A stretch of DNA of 61,953 nt, filler included, from 5 parts of 5 records of this genome joined end to end with filler, not necessarily neighbours in it, one strand, 5' to 3'. Positions 28,439 to 39,064 are shown, counted from the whole stretch's first letter. The notes: generated from the letters alone by a model not told the origin. Made by a program: numbers and translations.

Positions 28439-29022
28439 TGAAGCAAAGTGGTAATATACTCTTTTCCGGTGTCGGTGGTCAGGGGATTCTGCTGGCAAGT
28501 GAGCTGACCGCCTATGCACAGTTGGCAGAAGGATATGATGTTAAAAAGAGCGAAGTTCATGGCATGGCCCAGCGTGGCGGGTCCGTCGAGGCACACCTCC
28601 GCTATGGGGCGCGGGTCTACTCGCCGCTCATTGATCCGGGCAGTGCTGATATTCTGGTGGCTTTTGAGATTCTTGAGGCAGTCCGCTATCTGCCCTACCT
28701 GCACAAGGACAGTGCGGTGGTGGTCAATACCCAGAAGATCCTGCCGCCGGGAGTCGCCCTTGGCAAGATGACCTACCCTGAAGATATTCTTAAAGAACTT
28801 ACCGAACGACAGATTAATGTTGTCCCCATTGATGCCTTTGCAATTGCCGAGGAAGTGGGCGAGCTGCGAACCGTCAATGTAGCAATGGTCGGAGCAATGT
28901 CTAACTTTCTGGCTGTGAGTCCTGAGGTCTTTCTCAAAGTCATCGATACGACGGTGAAAGAGCAGTTTAGAGAGGTAAATAAAAAGGCATTTGAAGCGGG
29001 CAGAGCTGCTGTGTACGCATAA
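28438..29022 (+). CDS. iorB: Indolepyruvate:ferredoxin oxidoreductase beta subunit
   Basis: GVGGQG and SEVHGMAQRGGSV motifs. Confidence 0.96.
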   Translation: MKQSGNILFSGVGGQGILLASELTAYAQLAEGYDVKKSEVHGMAQRGGSVEAHLRYGARVYSPLIDPGSADILVAFEILEAVRYLPYLHKDSAVVVNTQKILPPGVALGKMTYPEDILKELTERQINVVPIDAFAIAEEVGELRTVNVAMVGAMSNFLAVSPEVFLKVIDTTVKEQFREVNKKAFEAGRAAVYA

Positions 29023-29048
29023 TGTGCACTAGCCCGGATTTTTTTTGA

Positions 29049-29083
29049 ACATTGTGTGCAATTGATTCAATTGCACACAATGT
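29049..29083. repeat. Perfect 17-bp inverted repeat (35-bp palindrome)
   Basis: ACATTGTGTGCAATTGA-T-TCAATTGCACACAATGT, between iorB and paaK. Confidence 0.9.
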
Positions 29084-29182
29084 CCTCATGTCGCGCTAAA
29101 TCACATGATTTTAAAAATGAGAAATCCGGATAATAATGTTGAAAATAAAATTGTCTCGTAAAGGAAGAAATGAGGTTGAGTA

Positions 29183-30484
29183 ATGATGTGGGTTGAAGAA
29201 ATAGAAACATTACCGCGCCCGGGATTGGAATCTATCCAGTTGAAACGGCTGCAAAAACAGGTGCAGCGTGTGTATGATACAGTGGCGCCGTACCGCAGCA
29301 AAATGGATGATGCTGGAGTCAAACCTGGTGATATCCAGTCATTGGCGGACCTTAATCTACTCCCTTTTAATACCAAGGACGACCTGCGGGACAATTATCC
29401 CTTTGGACTGTTCACAGTGCCTCTGGAAAAGGTGATACGGGTACATGCCTCTTCCGGGACCACCGGACAGCCGACGGTTGTCGGTTATACCGAGGCTGAT
29501 ATTGAACTTTGGGCTTCTGTCATGTCCAGGGCTCTGGCAATGGCAGGTGTCACGCCCGGTGATATGGTGCATAATGCCTATGGCTATGGGTTATTTACCG
29601 GCGGTCTTGGAGCCCATTACGGTATTGAGGCATTGGGAGCAACTGTTATTCCTGTGTCTGGCGGTAACTCTAAACGACAGATCACCATTATGCGTGATTT
29701 TGGGTCAACGGTGCTGCTGTCTACACCATCTTATGCACTTAATCTTGCCGATGCTATGGCAGATGTGGGTGTTTCTCCTGCAGACCTCAAGCTTCGGGTG
29801 GGGATTCACGGTGCTGAGCCATGGAGTGAAAGCATGCGTGAGGAGGTAGAACGTAAGCTTGGCATCAGGGCTGTGGATATCTATGGCCTTTCTGAGATTA
29901 TCGGTCCGGGCGTCGCCATGGAGTGTCTGGAGACAGACCGGGGTATGCATATCCTGGAAGATCATTTTTTACCGGAAATAGTCGATCCGGAGACACTGCA
30001 GCCACTTCCCTATGGCGAGGTTGGTGAACTTGTTTTTACAACCCTGACCAAAGAGGCGTTTCCGCTGATCCGTTACCGTACTAAGGATATTTCTCGCCTT
30101 ATAGCAGAACCATGTGCATGTGGGCGGACACTTGTTCGTATGGAAAAAGTCATGGGCAGGACCGATGACATGATGATAATCCGTGGGGTGAATGTCTTCC
30201 CTTCCCAGGTTGAGCATGTACTGGTGGGCATTGAAGGGGTTGAACCGCATTATCAGATCGAAGTTAATCGGGAAGGTAGTCTTGATACCATGTCTATCTT
30301 GGTAGAGGTGAGTGAAAATATCTTTTCTGATGAAATCAGGGTGCTTGAGGGGCTGAGCAAAAAGATCCAGGTAGACGTGAAGGATATGCTTGGTGTCACT
30401 TGTAAGGTCAAACTAGTTGAGCCTCGGACCATAAAACGGTCGGAGGGTAAAGCACAGCGGGTTATAGATAATAGGAAACTGTAA
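29183..30484 (+). CDS. paaK: Phenylacetate-CoA ligase (copy 1)
   Basis: [29 protein letters not shown] and GRTDDM motifs. Confidence 0.93.
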   Translation: MMWVEEIETLPRPGLESIQLKRLQKQVQRVYDTVAPYRSKMDDAGVKPGDIQSLADLNLLPFNTKDDLRDNYPFGLFTVPLEKVIRVHASSGTTGQPTVVGYTEADIELWASVMSRALAMAGVTPGDMVHNAYGYGLFTGGLGAHYGIEALGATVIPVSGGNSKRQITIMRDFGSTVLLSTPSYALNLADAMADVGVSPADLKLRVGIHGAEPWSESMREEVERKLGIRAVDIYGLSEIIGPGVAMECLETDRGMHILEDHFLPEIVDPETLQPLPYGEVGELVFTTLTKEAFPLIRYRTKDISRLIAEPCACGRTLVRMEKVMGRTDDMMIIRGVNVFPSQVEHVLVGIEGVEPHYQIEVNREGSLDTMSILVEVSENIFSDEIRVLEGLSKKIQVDVKDMLGVTCKVKLVEPRTIKRSEGKAQRVIDNRKL

Positions 30485-30723
30485 TAGGTGAGTCTGTTGA
30501 TTTAATGGGGTTTTGGTTCAAGGTCGAGGCATGATGGGATAATAATCACAGGCACATGGCTGATTTCGGGGTCTACGCTACCTTTGATGATTATTTTTCA
30601 GCATAACCAAGAGATTGGACGAAAAGACAGTAAAATAACAGACTCATAGATGGGGCGGGTTCCAGATAGTTTTTGTTTTTATAAGCTTGGGACCGCCAGG
30701 GCATCAATCCTGGAGGGAAAGTA

Positions 30724-31155
30724 ATGAGAGTAGAACAAATCGCAGTTTTTCTTGAGAACAAATCAGGACGTCTTGCAGAAATCACACGTATTTTGGCGGA
30801 AAATGCTATTAACATCAGGGCGCTGTCTGTTGCAGATACAGCAGACTTTGGTATTCTGCGGTTGATTGTGGACAAGGTCGATGCTGCCAAAAAATCCCTA
30901 CAGGAAGGTGGCTTTACTGTTGGTAAAACCAATGTTATTGCCGTTGAAGTGCCTGATCGAACAGGTGGATTGGCCAGTGTTCTGAAAACTGCCAACGAGG
31001 CCGATCTGAATGTTGAGTATATGTATGCTTTTGTAAACAAAAGTGCTGAGGATGCAGTACTTATCTTTCGTTTTGACGATATGGAAAAAGCCATTGAAGT
31101 GCTGCAGCAGGAAGGTTTTGCTTTACTTTCAGGCGAACAGATCTGCGCTCTATAG
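30724..31155 (+). CDS. Tandem ACT-domain protein
   Basis: [13 protein letters not shown]...[19 protein letters not shown]...VEYMYAF. Confidence 0.93.
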   Translation: MRVEQIAVFLENKSGRLAEITRILAENAINIRALSVADTADFGILRLIVDKVDAAKKSLQEGGFTVGKTNVIAVEVPDRTGGLASVLKTANEADLNVEYMYAFVNKSAEDAVLIFRFDDMEKAIEVLQQEGFALLSGEQICAL

Positions 31156-31371
31156 CCTGTCGTTGTTCGATGGGGAGAGTAAGAAGAAGGTTGAAGCGAC
31201 CCTAAAACTTCGAATAAAGTTACAAGGACCGCTGTAAGGCAATGAAATGGAGCACAGGTGTTTGCTGTGTTTGTCGAAAATTTTCATTTTGTTCCAAGTA
31301 GCTGCAGTTACCGGCAATCATCGGGAGCAAGTGCGCGACGCTATAGAATACCTGAAAGCCTTTCCCTTCTC

Positions 31372-31479
31372 TATGGCGTTTTTTCCTTTTCTGCCAAGAG
31401 GCACAATGGATTGAGTCTCGACTCCTTGATCATGCTGACTGGCAAGGATGGAAAATTTATGCTTTACAACGGCCAATAA
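31372..31479 (+). pseudogene. C-terminal remnant of a LivJ/K-type ABC substrate-binding protein gene
   Basis: YGVFSFSAKRHNGLSLDSLIMLTGKDGKFMLY matches the C-terminus of this binding-protein family. It lies in the expected position just before livH, and the rest of the gene is absent. Confidence 0.7.
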
Positions 31480-31533
31480 TTAAACCAGACAGGGCAGGTT
31501 GCTGATGATGCCCATCTTTATTTCTTTACGGTT

Positions 31534-32424
31534 ATGACATTAGACCTCTTCTTTCAGTACCTGTTTGCCGGGATTACCTATGGCTCGATTTATGCTATCG
31601 TGGCCATTGGTTATAATATTATTTACAACACCACCGGAATCATCAATTTTGCCCAAGGGGAATTTGTCATGCTCGGCGGCATGATAGCCATTTCCCTTTT
31701 GCAGATTGTCCCGCTGCCAGCAGCCATCGCCCTTGCCGTGTGTATCACCATGGTTATTGGTGCTGTCATTGAGATTCTTTTTATCCGATGGTTGGATAGT
31801 CCGTCTGTACTGCGGCTGATTATAATAACAATTGGTATCTCGATCCTGCTCAGGGAAGTTGCACTCCATATCTGGGGCGAATCCATAAGAAGTTTGCCTT
31901 ATTTTTACGGCAATGAAATTACCACTTTTTCCGTTGGCTCGGTTCACCTGTCCCCACAGGTTTTGTGGGTGATTGCCACCTGCTCAGTCATGGTAGTGGG
32001 GCTCAGCCTGTTTTTTAAATTTACCCCAACCGGCCGTGAAATGCGTGCTTGCTCTGCCAATCGTACCGCTGCAATCCTTTGCGGCATAAGTACCCGTAAC
32101 ATGGTAACCCTTTCCTTTATGCTCAGCGCCGGATTGGGTGCCCTTGCCGGATGTGTGATGTCTCCAATTACTTATACCCAATATGACTCGGGGACCGGTC
32201 TGGCGATTAAAGGTTTTACTGTGGCAATTTTGGGGGGGCTTGGTAACTCAATGGCCGCCGTAGCTGCAGGTTTGCTGCTGGGTATTATTGAGGCGTTTTC
32301 TGTTTCAGTGGTTCCCTTGGCTTTTCAGGATGCCATCGCGATTACACTGCTGCTTATTATCCTGTTTGTAAAGCCCCATGGGATATTTGGTTCAGGCGAA
32401 GCCGCGAGGTTGAAAGATTTTTAA
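31534..32424 (+). CDS. livH: Branched-chain amino-acid-type ABC permease (LivH-like)
   Basis: GITYGSIYAIVAIG, INFAQGE and KGFTVAILGGLG motifs. Confidence 0.92.
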   Translation: MTLDLFFQYLFAGITYGSIYAIVAIGYNIIYNTTGIINFAQGEFVMLGGMIAISLLQIVPLPAAIALAVCITMVIGAVIEILFIRWLDSPSVLRLIIITIGISILLREVALHIWGESIRSLPYFYGNEITTFSVGSVHLSPQVLWVIATCSVMVVGLSLFFKFTPTGREMRACSANRTAAILCGISTRNMVTLSFMLSAGLGALAGCVMSPITYTQYDSGTGLAIKGFTVAILGGLGNSMAAVAAGLLLGIIEAFSVSVVPLAFQDAIAITLLLIILFVKPHGIFGSGEAARLKDF

Positions 32425-33500
32425 TGAAAAAGAAAAACAGTATTAAGATTCTTAGCCTCTGTGTCATTGTCGTTGCCGTTCAGCTGCTCACTCTGGTCAC
32501 TGGCACCCAGTATTTTTTGACCCAGTTAACCATGTCAGCTTATTATGGGTTGGTGGTGATCGGGCTGGGAGTGCTCATGGGATATGCCGGTCAAATTTCC
32601 ATTGGTCATGCCGGATTTTTTGCCATTGGCGGTTACTTGTCTGCAGCACTGACAACCCATAACCTGTTGGGTGCGGTTGAGAATCCGTTGGTGAAGCTGC
32701 TTGATCAGGCAGGTTTTTTGCTGATGTCCCAAGATATTTACGGAGACCAACTGCTCACCGTCGCACCATGGGCAGCATGCCTGATTGCTGTAGGCACCGC
32801 AGGCCTCATTGCCCTGACCCTGGGTGTCCCCGTGCTCAAGCTTAAGGGGCACTACTTGGCAATGGCAACTCTTGGGTTTGGCACTATAATTTATCGACTT
32901 TTGCTTGCGACCCCCTATTTCGGTGAAGCAGATGGTATTTCTGATGTGCCCCCGTTTACTCTTTTCCCTGCATTGGGAACGTTGCCGCCCATCGTGATAA
33001 GCGGTGATTTTAGTCTACGGGTGGTAAATTACTATGTGGCGTGGGGCGTGTTGATTATCGGCATGATTTTACTGCTTAATCTCATTGATTCGCGGGTTGG
33101 TCGAGCCCTTATGTCGCTTCATAGTTCAGAAGAAGCAGCAGAGGCGGTGGGAGTCAATACAGCGAGTTTTAAAGTGGGTGTTTTTGTCCTCAGTGCTGCA
33201 TTTGCTGCCTTTGCCGGCGTTTTTATAACTCACTATAACAGCGGAATAGGCCCTTCAGAGGCATCTGTCATGAAATCAGTGCGCTATGTCGCCCTGGTAG
33301 CCGTGGGCGGGATGACAAATCTCTGGGGTATGTTGATCATGGGCGTTGGTCTCACATTTCTCTCGTTACGCGGCGTTTTTGGCTCCATGGATGATGCTGT
33401 CTTTGGAGTGATTCTCATCGGTGTGATGTTATTTGCACCCAATGGTATGTTGAGTGTCAGGGAACTTATTTTCACCAAAAAAGAGAGGCCTACCGAGTAA
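32424..33500 (+). CDS. livM: Branched-chain amino-acid-type ABC permease (LivM-like)
   Basis: GYAGQISIGHAGFFAIGGY, LKGHYLAMATL and SRVGRAL motifs. Confidence 0.92.
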   Translation: MKKKNSIKILSLCVIVVAVQLLTLVTGTQYFLTQLTMSAYYGLVVIGLGVLMGYAGQISIGHAGFFAIGGYLSAALTTHNLLGAVENPLVKLLDQAGFLLMSQDIYGDQLLTVAPWAACLIAVGTAGLIALTLGVPVLKLKGHYLAMATLGFGTIIYRLLLATPYFGEADGISDVPPFTLFPALGTLPPIVISGDFSLRVVNYYVAWGVLIIGMILLLNLIDSRVGRALMSLHSSEEAAEAVGVNTASFKVGVFVLSAAFAAFAGVFITHYNSGIGPSEASVMKSVRYVALVAVGGMTNLWGMLIMGVGLTFLSLRGVFGSMDDAVFGVILIGVMLFAPNGMLSVRELIFTKKERPTE

Positions 33501-33595
33501 GGAGCTGTCTGCAAAGAAGTTGGACAATTCTTGAGGCTGGAGCTGCCAAGGAGAGATAATGGAACGAATCGGTAAACTATCAGGGACAGTTTTTC

Positions 33596-34354
33596 ATGCT
33601 TGAGCTTCGATCAATTCATAAAAAGTTTGGTGGATTGCATGCTGTCAATGATGTGAGCTTCCGGGTGGATTCTGGAAGCATAAAAGCGGTGATCGGCCCC
33701 AATGGTGCTGGTAAAACGACGCTTTTCAATCTCATTGCAGGTAATCTGCCTCCCACTGCAGGTGCTATTTATTTTCAAGGGAAACCGATTCATAGTAAGA
33801 AACCGCATCAGATCGCGGGGCTTGGCATGTCCAGGACTTTTCAAAACATTAAGTTGTTTCATGGGATGACTGCACGTGAGTGTGTAATGGTTGGCTGCCA
33901 TCTACGCAGTAAGGCAGGCTTTATTGGAGGAATGCTGCATCTGCCAGGTGCCAGAAAAGAGGAACAATGGATCAATGAGCGTTCCATGGAGTTGCTGGAA
34001 CTCCTTGAGATTGCCGAGTACGCAGATGTGGAAGCCACCAGTCTTGCTTTTGGTCAGCAGCGTGCTGTGGAACTTGCCAGGGCCCTTGCAAGTGAACCTA
34101 AGCTCTTGTTGCTTGATGAACCGGCTGCCGGGCTTAATATCTATGAAACAGCTGAGGTTGCCCGCCTGATTACAAAAATTCGTGACATGGGGGTTACTGT
34201 TCTCTTAGTTGAACACGACATGTCGCTGGTAATGGAAATCTCTGATGAAATTGTTGTCCTCTGTTTTGGTGAAAAAATCGCCGAAGATGTACCTGCGCAA
34301 ATTCAACAGAATCCTGAAGTGATCAGCATTTATTTGGGCGAGGATGAGAAATGA
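33596..34354 (+). CDS. livG: ABC ATP-binding protein (LivG-like)
   Basis: GPNGAGKT, RTFQNIKLF, LLDEPAAG and VEHDM motifs. Confidence 0.93.
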   Translation: MLELRSIHKKFGGLHAVNDVSFRVDSGSIKAVIGPNGAGKTTLFNLIAGNLPPTAGAIYFQGKPIHSKKPHQIAGLGMSRTFQNIKLFHGMTARECVMVGCHLRSKAGFIGGMLHLPGARKEEQWINERSMELLELLEIAEYADVEATSLAFGQQRAVELARALASEPKLLLLDEPAAGLNIYETAEVARLITKIRDMGVTVLLVEHDMSLVMEISDEIVVLCFGEKIAEDVPAQIQQNPEVISIYLGEDEK

Positions 34355-34442
34355 CAACCTTGGCAGAGTGTAAACGTGCGAGCTGCAGCGGTTCAAGAAA
34401 TTGGAAGTGAAAAAAATCTTAATGGTGGGGTAAGCAGCAGCC

Positions 34443-35168
34443 ATGCTCAAAGTTCGAAACTTGGATGCTGGATACGGGAAGTTACGTGTCCTGAAGAATA
34501 TATCTCTGCATGTGGACAGTGGAGAGATTGTGACCATGATTGGTGCAAACGGCGCAGGCAAGACAACCTTGCTTCACACCATAATAGGGTTAGTGCGCCC
34601 CTCGACAGGCATTATTGAATTTCAGAATAAGTGCTGCAACAAAATGGCTGCACAGAAAATAGTGGCTGCGGGATGCGCGTTGGTTCCGGAAGGACGCCAG
34701 GTTTTTGCATCGATGACAGTTGAAGAAAATCTTATCCTTGGTGGGTATGTCCTGGAAAGGAAAGAGGGCAGGGGAGCTGTGCTGCGTGAGATGCAGTATC
34801 AATATGATCTGTTTCCGGTTCTTCGTGAGCGGCGTGAGCAGCTGGCAGGGACCTTATCTGGTGGTGAGCAGCAGATGCTGGCCATGGGCCGAGCACTAAT
34901 GTCTCGCCCCCGTTTGGTAATGATGGATGAACCTTCGACCGGGCTGGCACCATTGATTGTTAAAGATATTTTTGCCATCATCACTCGGCTTCGAGATGCT
35001 GGGAATACTGTTTTGTTGGTAGAGCAAAATGCCAAAGCTGCACTGGGTATTGCAGATAGAGGGTATGTGCTTGAGGTGGGAAAGGTTATTCTGCAAGGGC
35101 CTGCTGACGACCTGCTTGCCAATTCAGATGTGCAGCGGGCCTATCTTGGCAGAGAAAAAATAGCATAG
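34443..35168 (+). CDS. livF: ABC ATP-binding protein (LivF-like)
   Basis: GANGAGKT, VPEGRQVF, LSGGEQQM and LVEQN motifs. Confidence 0.93.
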   Translation: MLKVRNLDAGYGKLRVLKNISLHVDSGEIVTMIGANGAGKTTLLHTIIGLVRPSTGIIEFQNKCCNKMAAQKIVAAGCALVPEGRQVFASMTVEENLILGGYVLERKEGRGAVLREMQYQYDLFPVLRERREQLAGTLSGGEQQMLAMGRALMSRPRLVMMDEPSTGLAPLIVKDIFAIITRLRDAGNTVLLVEQNAKAALGIADRGYVLEVGKVILQGPADDLLANSDVQRAYLGREKIA

Positions 35169-35234
35169 TACAGGTGAGTGGCACGACGCCGTGGACCGAA
35201 TTTTTTGCGACGTCATCATTAATTAATTCTAACT

Positions 35235-36548
35235 TTGTTTGATAAGCGTATGTATTGGGAACCAGAAAGAGAATGTATGGCGCGGGAGGATTTGGAGCAG
35301 CTGCAGCTTGAACGGTTGCAGTCGACCTTATACAGGGTTGGAACCCATGTGCCGTTTTATCGCAAAAAATTTGATGAACTCAAATTTAACTATGACGCTG
35401 TTCGTTCCCTAGACGATATCAGACAGCTGCCATTTACTGAAAAAGAAGATTTGCGCAGTAACTATCCTTATGGATTGTTTGCAGTGCCTCTGCGTGATGT
35501 TGTCAGAGTGCATTCCTCATCCGGAACTACAGGGCTTGCTACTGTGGTCGGATATAGCCGCAATGATATTAAGACATGGTCAAATCTGGTTGGCCGCGTT
35601 TTGACCGCAGCCGGGGTAACTCGAAACGATGTTATCCAGATCGCCTTTGGATACGGTTTGTTTACCGGTGGTTTTGGCCTCCATTATGGTGCCGAACACA
35701 TCGGAGCCTCGGTTATTCCTATTTCTGCCGGTAACACCAAACGGCAGATTCAAATTATGCAGGATTTTAAAACCACAGCCCTGGTATGTACACCTTCCTA
35801 TGCGTTGGTTATCGCAGATACCATGATGGAAATGGGGGTGAATCCCAATGGTCTGTCGCTTCGTTTCGGCCTTTTTGGCGGAGAGCCATGGTCGGAAGCT
35901 ATGCGCCAGGAAGTGCATGAAAAATTGGGCATTCTTGCCACAGATAATTATGGTTTATCTGAAGTCATGGGGCCGGGAGTAGCCGGAGAATGCCAGGAGT
36001 GCAACGGTCTTCATATCAATGAAGATCACTTTCTGCTTGAAGTTGTGGATCCCGTTACCCTTGAACCGGTCGCTCCCGGAGATGTAGGGGAGCTGGTGAT
36101 CACTACATTGACCAAGGAAGCCTTTCCCATGATCCGCTACCGGACCAGGGATCTGACTCGATTTATTTTGGAGCCGTGTCCCTGTGGGCGAACTATGAAA
36201 AGAATGGAGCGGGTAATTGGCCGTTCCGATGATATGCTTATTATTAAAGGCGTCAATGTCTTTCCTATTCAAATTGAAAAGGTACTTTTTGAGATAAAGG
36301 GGACTGAGCCTCATTATCAAATTATTGTTGAACGTGAAAATCACACTGATAAAGTAAGTGTTTTAGTAGAGGTTTCTGAAAATATCTTTTTTGATGAGAT
36401 GAAAAAGCAGCGCCAGATGGTGGACCACATTAAGGCGCGTCTTGCAGCAGAGCTTGGCATAGGGGTGGACGTGAAACTGGTTGAAGAGAAAACCATTGAA
36501 AGGTCCATTGGAAAATCCAAGCGGGTGATTGACAAACGAAAACTTTAG
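35235..36548 (+). CDS. paaK: Phenylacetate-CoA ligase (copy 2)
   Basis: [23 protein letters not shown] and RYRTRD motifs. The start may be the ATG at 35250. Confidence 0.92.
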   Translation: MFDKRMYWEPERECMAREDLEQLQLERLQSTLYRVGTHVPFYRKKFDELKFNYDAVRSLDDIRQLPFTEKEDLRSNYPYGLFAVPLRDVVRVHSSSGTTGLATVVGYSRNDIKTWSNLVGRVLTAAGVTRNDVIQIAFGYGLFTGGFGLHYGAEHIGASVIPISAGNTKRQIQIMQDFKTTALVCTPSYALVIADTMMEMGVNPNGLSLRFGLFGGEPWSEAMRQEVHEKLGILATDNYGLSEVMGPGVAGECQECNGLHINEDHFLLEVVDPVTLEPVAPGDVGELVITTLTKEAFPMIRYRTRDLTRFILEPCPCGRTMKRMERVIGRSDDMLIIKGVNVFPIQIEKVLFEIKGTEPHYQIIVERENHTDKVSVLVEVSENIFFDEMKKQRQMVDHIKARLAAELGIGVDVKLVEEKTIERSIGKSKRVIDKRKL

Positions 36549-36557
36549 GAGGCAACA

Positions 36558-37040
36558 ATGGCTATTCGTTCTTCTGTCTTGTTTATGGTTACAGTGCTCA
36601 CCATGTTTTTGGTGCCGGCTTTTTTAAGTGCAGCATCTACCGAAGGCCTGAAAGGGTGGGAGGAAGAAGGCCAATACAACAGTTTATACCATGTCTCTGA
36701 ACTGGATAGGCTAAAGGGTGATGTAAAAAAGATGCTTGAGGTTGTCCCTATGGAAGGAATGGATCCCGGGATTGGACTCATTTTGAAAGATGGTGACGGT
36801 GAAAAGGTTACTGTACACCTCGGGCCCAAGGCTTTTTTAGGGAAAAATGTTGGCCTCAAACGCGGTGACCGTGTCAAAATCCGGGGTGCATGGGCTGAAA
36901 TTGACGGTGAAGACGTTTTTATGGCTGCCAAAATCAAGAAAGGTGATTATTTCTCCCTGAAGGTGCGTTTAACTAAAAATGGCAAACCGTTTTGGACTAT
37001 GTCACCGGAAGAATTGGCAAAGGAACGTGCTGCCGAATAG
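36558..37040 (+). CDS. Secreted probable OB-fold protein
   Basis: RBS AGGAGG, signal peptide, and the pattern VTVHLGP...LKRGDRVKIRG...GKPFW. Confidence 0.7.
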   Translation: MAIRSSVLFMVTVLTMFLVPAFLSAASTEGLKGWEEEGQYNSLYHVSELDRLKGDVKKMLEVVPMEGMDPGIGLILKDGDGEKVTVHLGPKAFLGKNVGLKRGDRVKIRGAWAEIDGEDVFMAAKIKKGDYFSLKVRLTKNGKPFWTMSPEELAKERAAE

Positions 37041-37179
37041 TCTCGTTGTAAGAGAAGAAACTACTAACTCTCCGGCACCCATTGATGTCTGCAGTGTATT
37101 GCGGCCTCTTTGTAGCCGGGAAATCAATTGTCGGTGCTGCTGAAGTAACCGACAATTTTTTTATGAACAGGAGAATTAC

Positions 37180-37884
37180 ATGAAAGTGATTGTATCTGCT
37201 TTACTTGCCGGATTGGTCTTGACCGGTAATACCTTTGCGGCTGATAAGGCGGTCGTGTTAGAAACCGAGCAACAAAAATTAAGCTATGCCATGGGGTTAG
37301 ACCTTGGGAAATATTTTCAGGGAATGGATGAAAAGCTCGACTTGGGGGCTTTAAGCCAAGGCATGGTTGACGCATATAGTGGGAATACACCACTTATCAC
37401 AGCTGAGGAATCTGCAGCAATTCAACAATCTTTTGCCAAGCGGCAGCAGGAAAAACAGATAAAGAAAACTGTTGCCATGATTGAGAAAAACCAAAAGGCT
37501 GAAGAGGCTTTTTTAACCGAGAATAAGGCAAAAGCAGGGGTCGTCGCAACCGAGACCGGATTGCAGTATAAAATGGTGAAATCTGGGGAAGGAAAAAAAC
37601 CTGCCTCTACCGATATGGTTAAAGTTCACTATCAGGGAACATTGCTTGATGGAACAGAGTTCGACAGTTCCTATAAGCGTAATGAACCTGCTGAATTTCA
37701 GGTAGACCAAGTGATTCCAGGCTGGCAGGAAGCATTGCAGTTGATGAGCGTTGGCTCAACCTACGAACTTTATATACCTGCAAAACTTGCTTATGGCGAT
37801 CGTGGAGCTCCTCCCGTAATCGAACCTGGCTCAATGCTGGTTTTTAAAGTTGAACTGCTTGACATTCTCGAAGCGGAAAAATAG
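37180..37884 (+). CDS. FKBP-type peptidyl-prolyl isomerase (FkpA/Mip-like)
   Basis: KLSYAMG N-terminal domain, VKVHYQGTLLDGTEFDSS, VIPGW and LAYG motifs. Confidence 0.96.
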   Translation: MKVIVSALLAGLVLTGNTFAADKAVVLETEQQKLSYAMGLDLGKYFQGMDEKLDLGALSQGMVDAYSGNTPLITAEESAAIQQSFAKRQQEKQIKKTVAMIEKNQKAEEAFLTENKAKAGVVATETGLQYKMVKSGEGKKPASTDMVKVHYQGTLLDGTEFDSSYKRNEPAEFQVDQVIPGWQEALQLMSVGSTYELYIPAKLAYGDRGAPPVIEPGSMLVFKVELLDILEAEK

Positions 37885-37949
37885 TTTTATAAGCAATACG
37901 TCGCTGCACTTTGCAAACGTGGCATAATCTCTTTGTGGAGCCATAGTCT

Positions 37950-38129
37950 ATGGGCAAGGTAAAATCAGAAAAGAAGAAGTGTTGTGCAAAGTACCGTAAA
38001 AAAGGAAAGCCGTGCACTAAATGTCCCTTGTTTGAAAAAGGGTGTTCATCTAAAAAAATGACGGCCGCAGCTTCTGAACCGGAAAAGAAAAAAAAGAAAA
38101 AGAAAAAAGACAAAAAGAAGAATAAGTAA
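37950..38129 (+). CDS. Small Cys/Lys-rich protein (59 aa), not in the ORF track
   Basis: MGKVKSEKKKCCAKYRKKGKPCTKCPLFEKGCSSKK...KKKKKKKKDKKKNK*, with GGAG upstream and a terminator downstream. Confidence 0.65.
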   Translation: MGKVKSEKKKCCAKYRKKGKPCTKCPLFEKGCSSKKMTAAASEPEKKKKKKKKDKKKNK

Positions 38130-38150
38130 TTTTTTTGTCCTATTATTCAT

Positions 38151-38192
38151 AATGCCGGGTGTTGCAAGTAGTACGCAACCTCGGCATTTTTT
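38151..38192 (+). terminator. Terminator between convergent genes
   Basis: AATGCCG...GTTGC...GCAAC...CGGCATT followed by a T-tract. Confidence 0.7.
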
Positions 38193-39030
38193 ATTTGGCA
38201 GCGACTATTTCATGTATAGTTAGTGGAGCGGCTTGGCCCAGTTCATGGTGTACGTCTTTGATATGGGCAATGTCTTCCCAGTTTTTTTGCAAGAGCTGCG
38301 CCCCATAAGCATCAATGGCGACCGGGTCATCGGAGGCCGCCAAGATGTGAGGGGGCGGTTGACAGGTTGGTCCCCAAAGATGAGCTTCTGCCATACCAAG
38401 GGTTGCATCAAGCAGTGAAAAATCAGGAGTGCGGTATCTGTTGAGGTCGGCCACTGCTTTGTGGATATCCTGATGAAAAGCGGATTTTTTCCAGCCGCCG
38501 CCCTGTTGGTAGTGCTGCGGTGGTGCGAGGCCCATCATGTTTTTCATGGTAAGAGTCACCTGGGCAAGAGAGTGTGCTTTTAGCACTGGCACAGATACTA
38601 GAAAACTCTCCATTGCTATTTTGGGCAGGTGCATTTCAGGCCACCGGATACAGTGCGCGGATCGGAGGGTTACACTGGGTTCTTGGTTGAGATCTATCAG
38701 TGGGACACCAAGGTCTTTACCGAGTTGCGTGTAACCAAGAACATCAAAGGCGTGGTGGGTGTCATAGCTGGCAGAAGCCGTTCCCTCACCGATAAGTATC
38801 TCTGCCTTTGAGTGTTTGCGTAGATAGAGGATAAGGTTTTTAACCAATGCCGCAGGTGTCGTAATCGGAGGAAGTAATGCTTCTACCAGATTGGGTTTGA
38901 TCAGGATAACCGGTTGATCAATAACCTTTTTATCCAACCCGACAGCGTCAAGCAATGATGTGAGCCGATATCGCTGTTCTGTATCTTTGATGGTGAAAAG
39001 AGCACCTTGCTTGATCGGTTTCTTTTGCAT
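38191..39030 (-). CDS. DUF362 family protein
   Basis: ILIKPNLV, ITTP, SVPVLKAH, TLTMKNMMG and DPVAID motifs. The start is uncertain (ATG at 39030 chosen). Confidence 0.88.
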   Translation of the reverse strand: MQKKPIKQGALFTIKDTEQRYRLTSLLDAVGLDKKVIDQPVILIKPNLVEALLPPITTPAALVKNLILYLRKHSKAEILIGEGTASASYDTHHAFDVLGYTQLGKDLGVPLIDLNQEPSVTLRSAHCIRWPEMHLPKIAMESFLVSVPVLKAHSLAQVTLTMKNMMGLAPPQHYQQGGGWKKSAFHQDIHKAVADLNRYRTPDFSLLDATLGMAEAHLWGPTCQPPPHILAASDDPVAIDAYGAQLLQKNWEDIAHIKDVHHELGQAAPLTIHEIVAAK

Positions 39031-39064
39031 ATTTATCCTGAACGACATAAAGAGGGGGTTGTTA

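Noticed and set aside
36558..37040. Resemblance to MamS/MamX-like OB-fold proteins suggesting magnetosome genes
   Set aside because: There are no other mam genes. Similar secreted proteins and feoB are common in non-magnetotactic bacteria.
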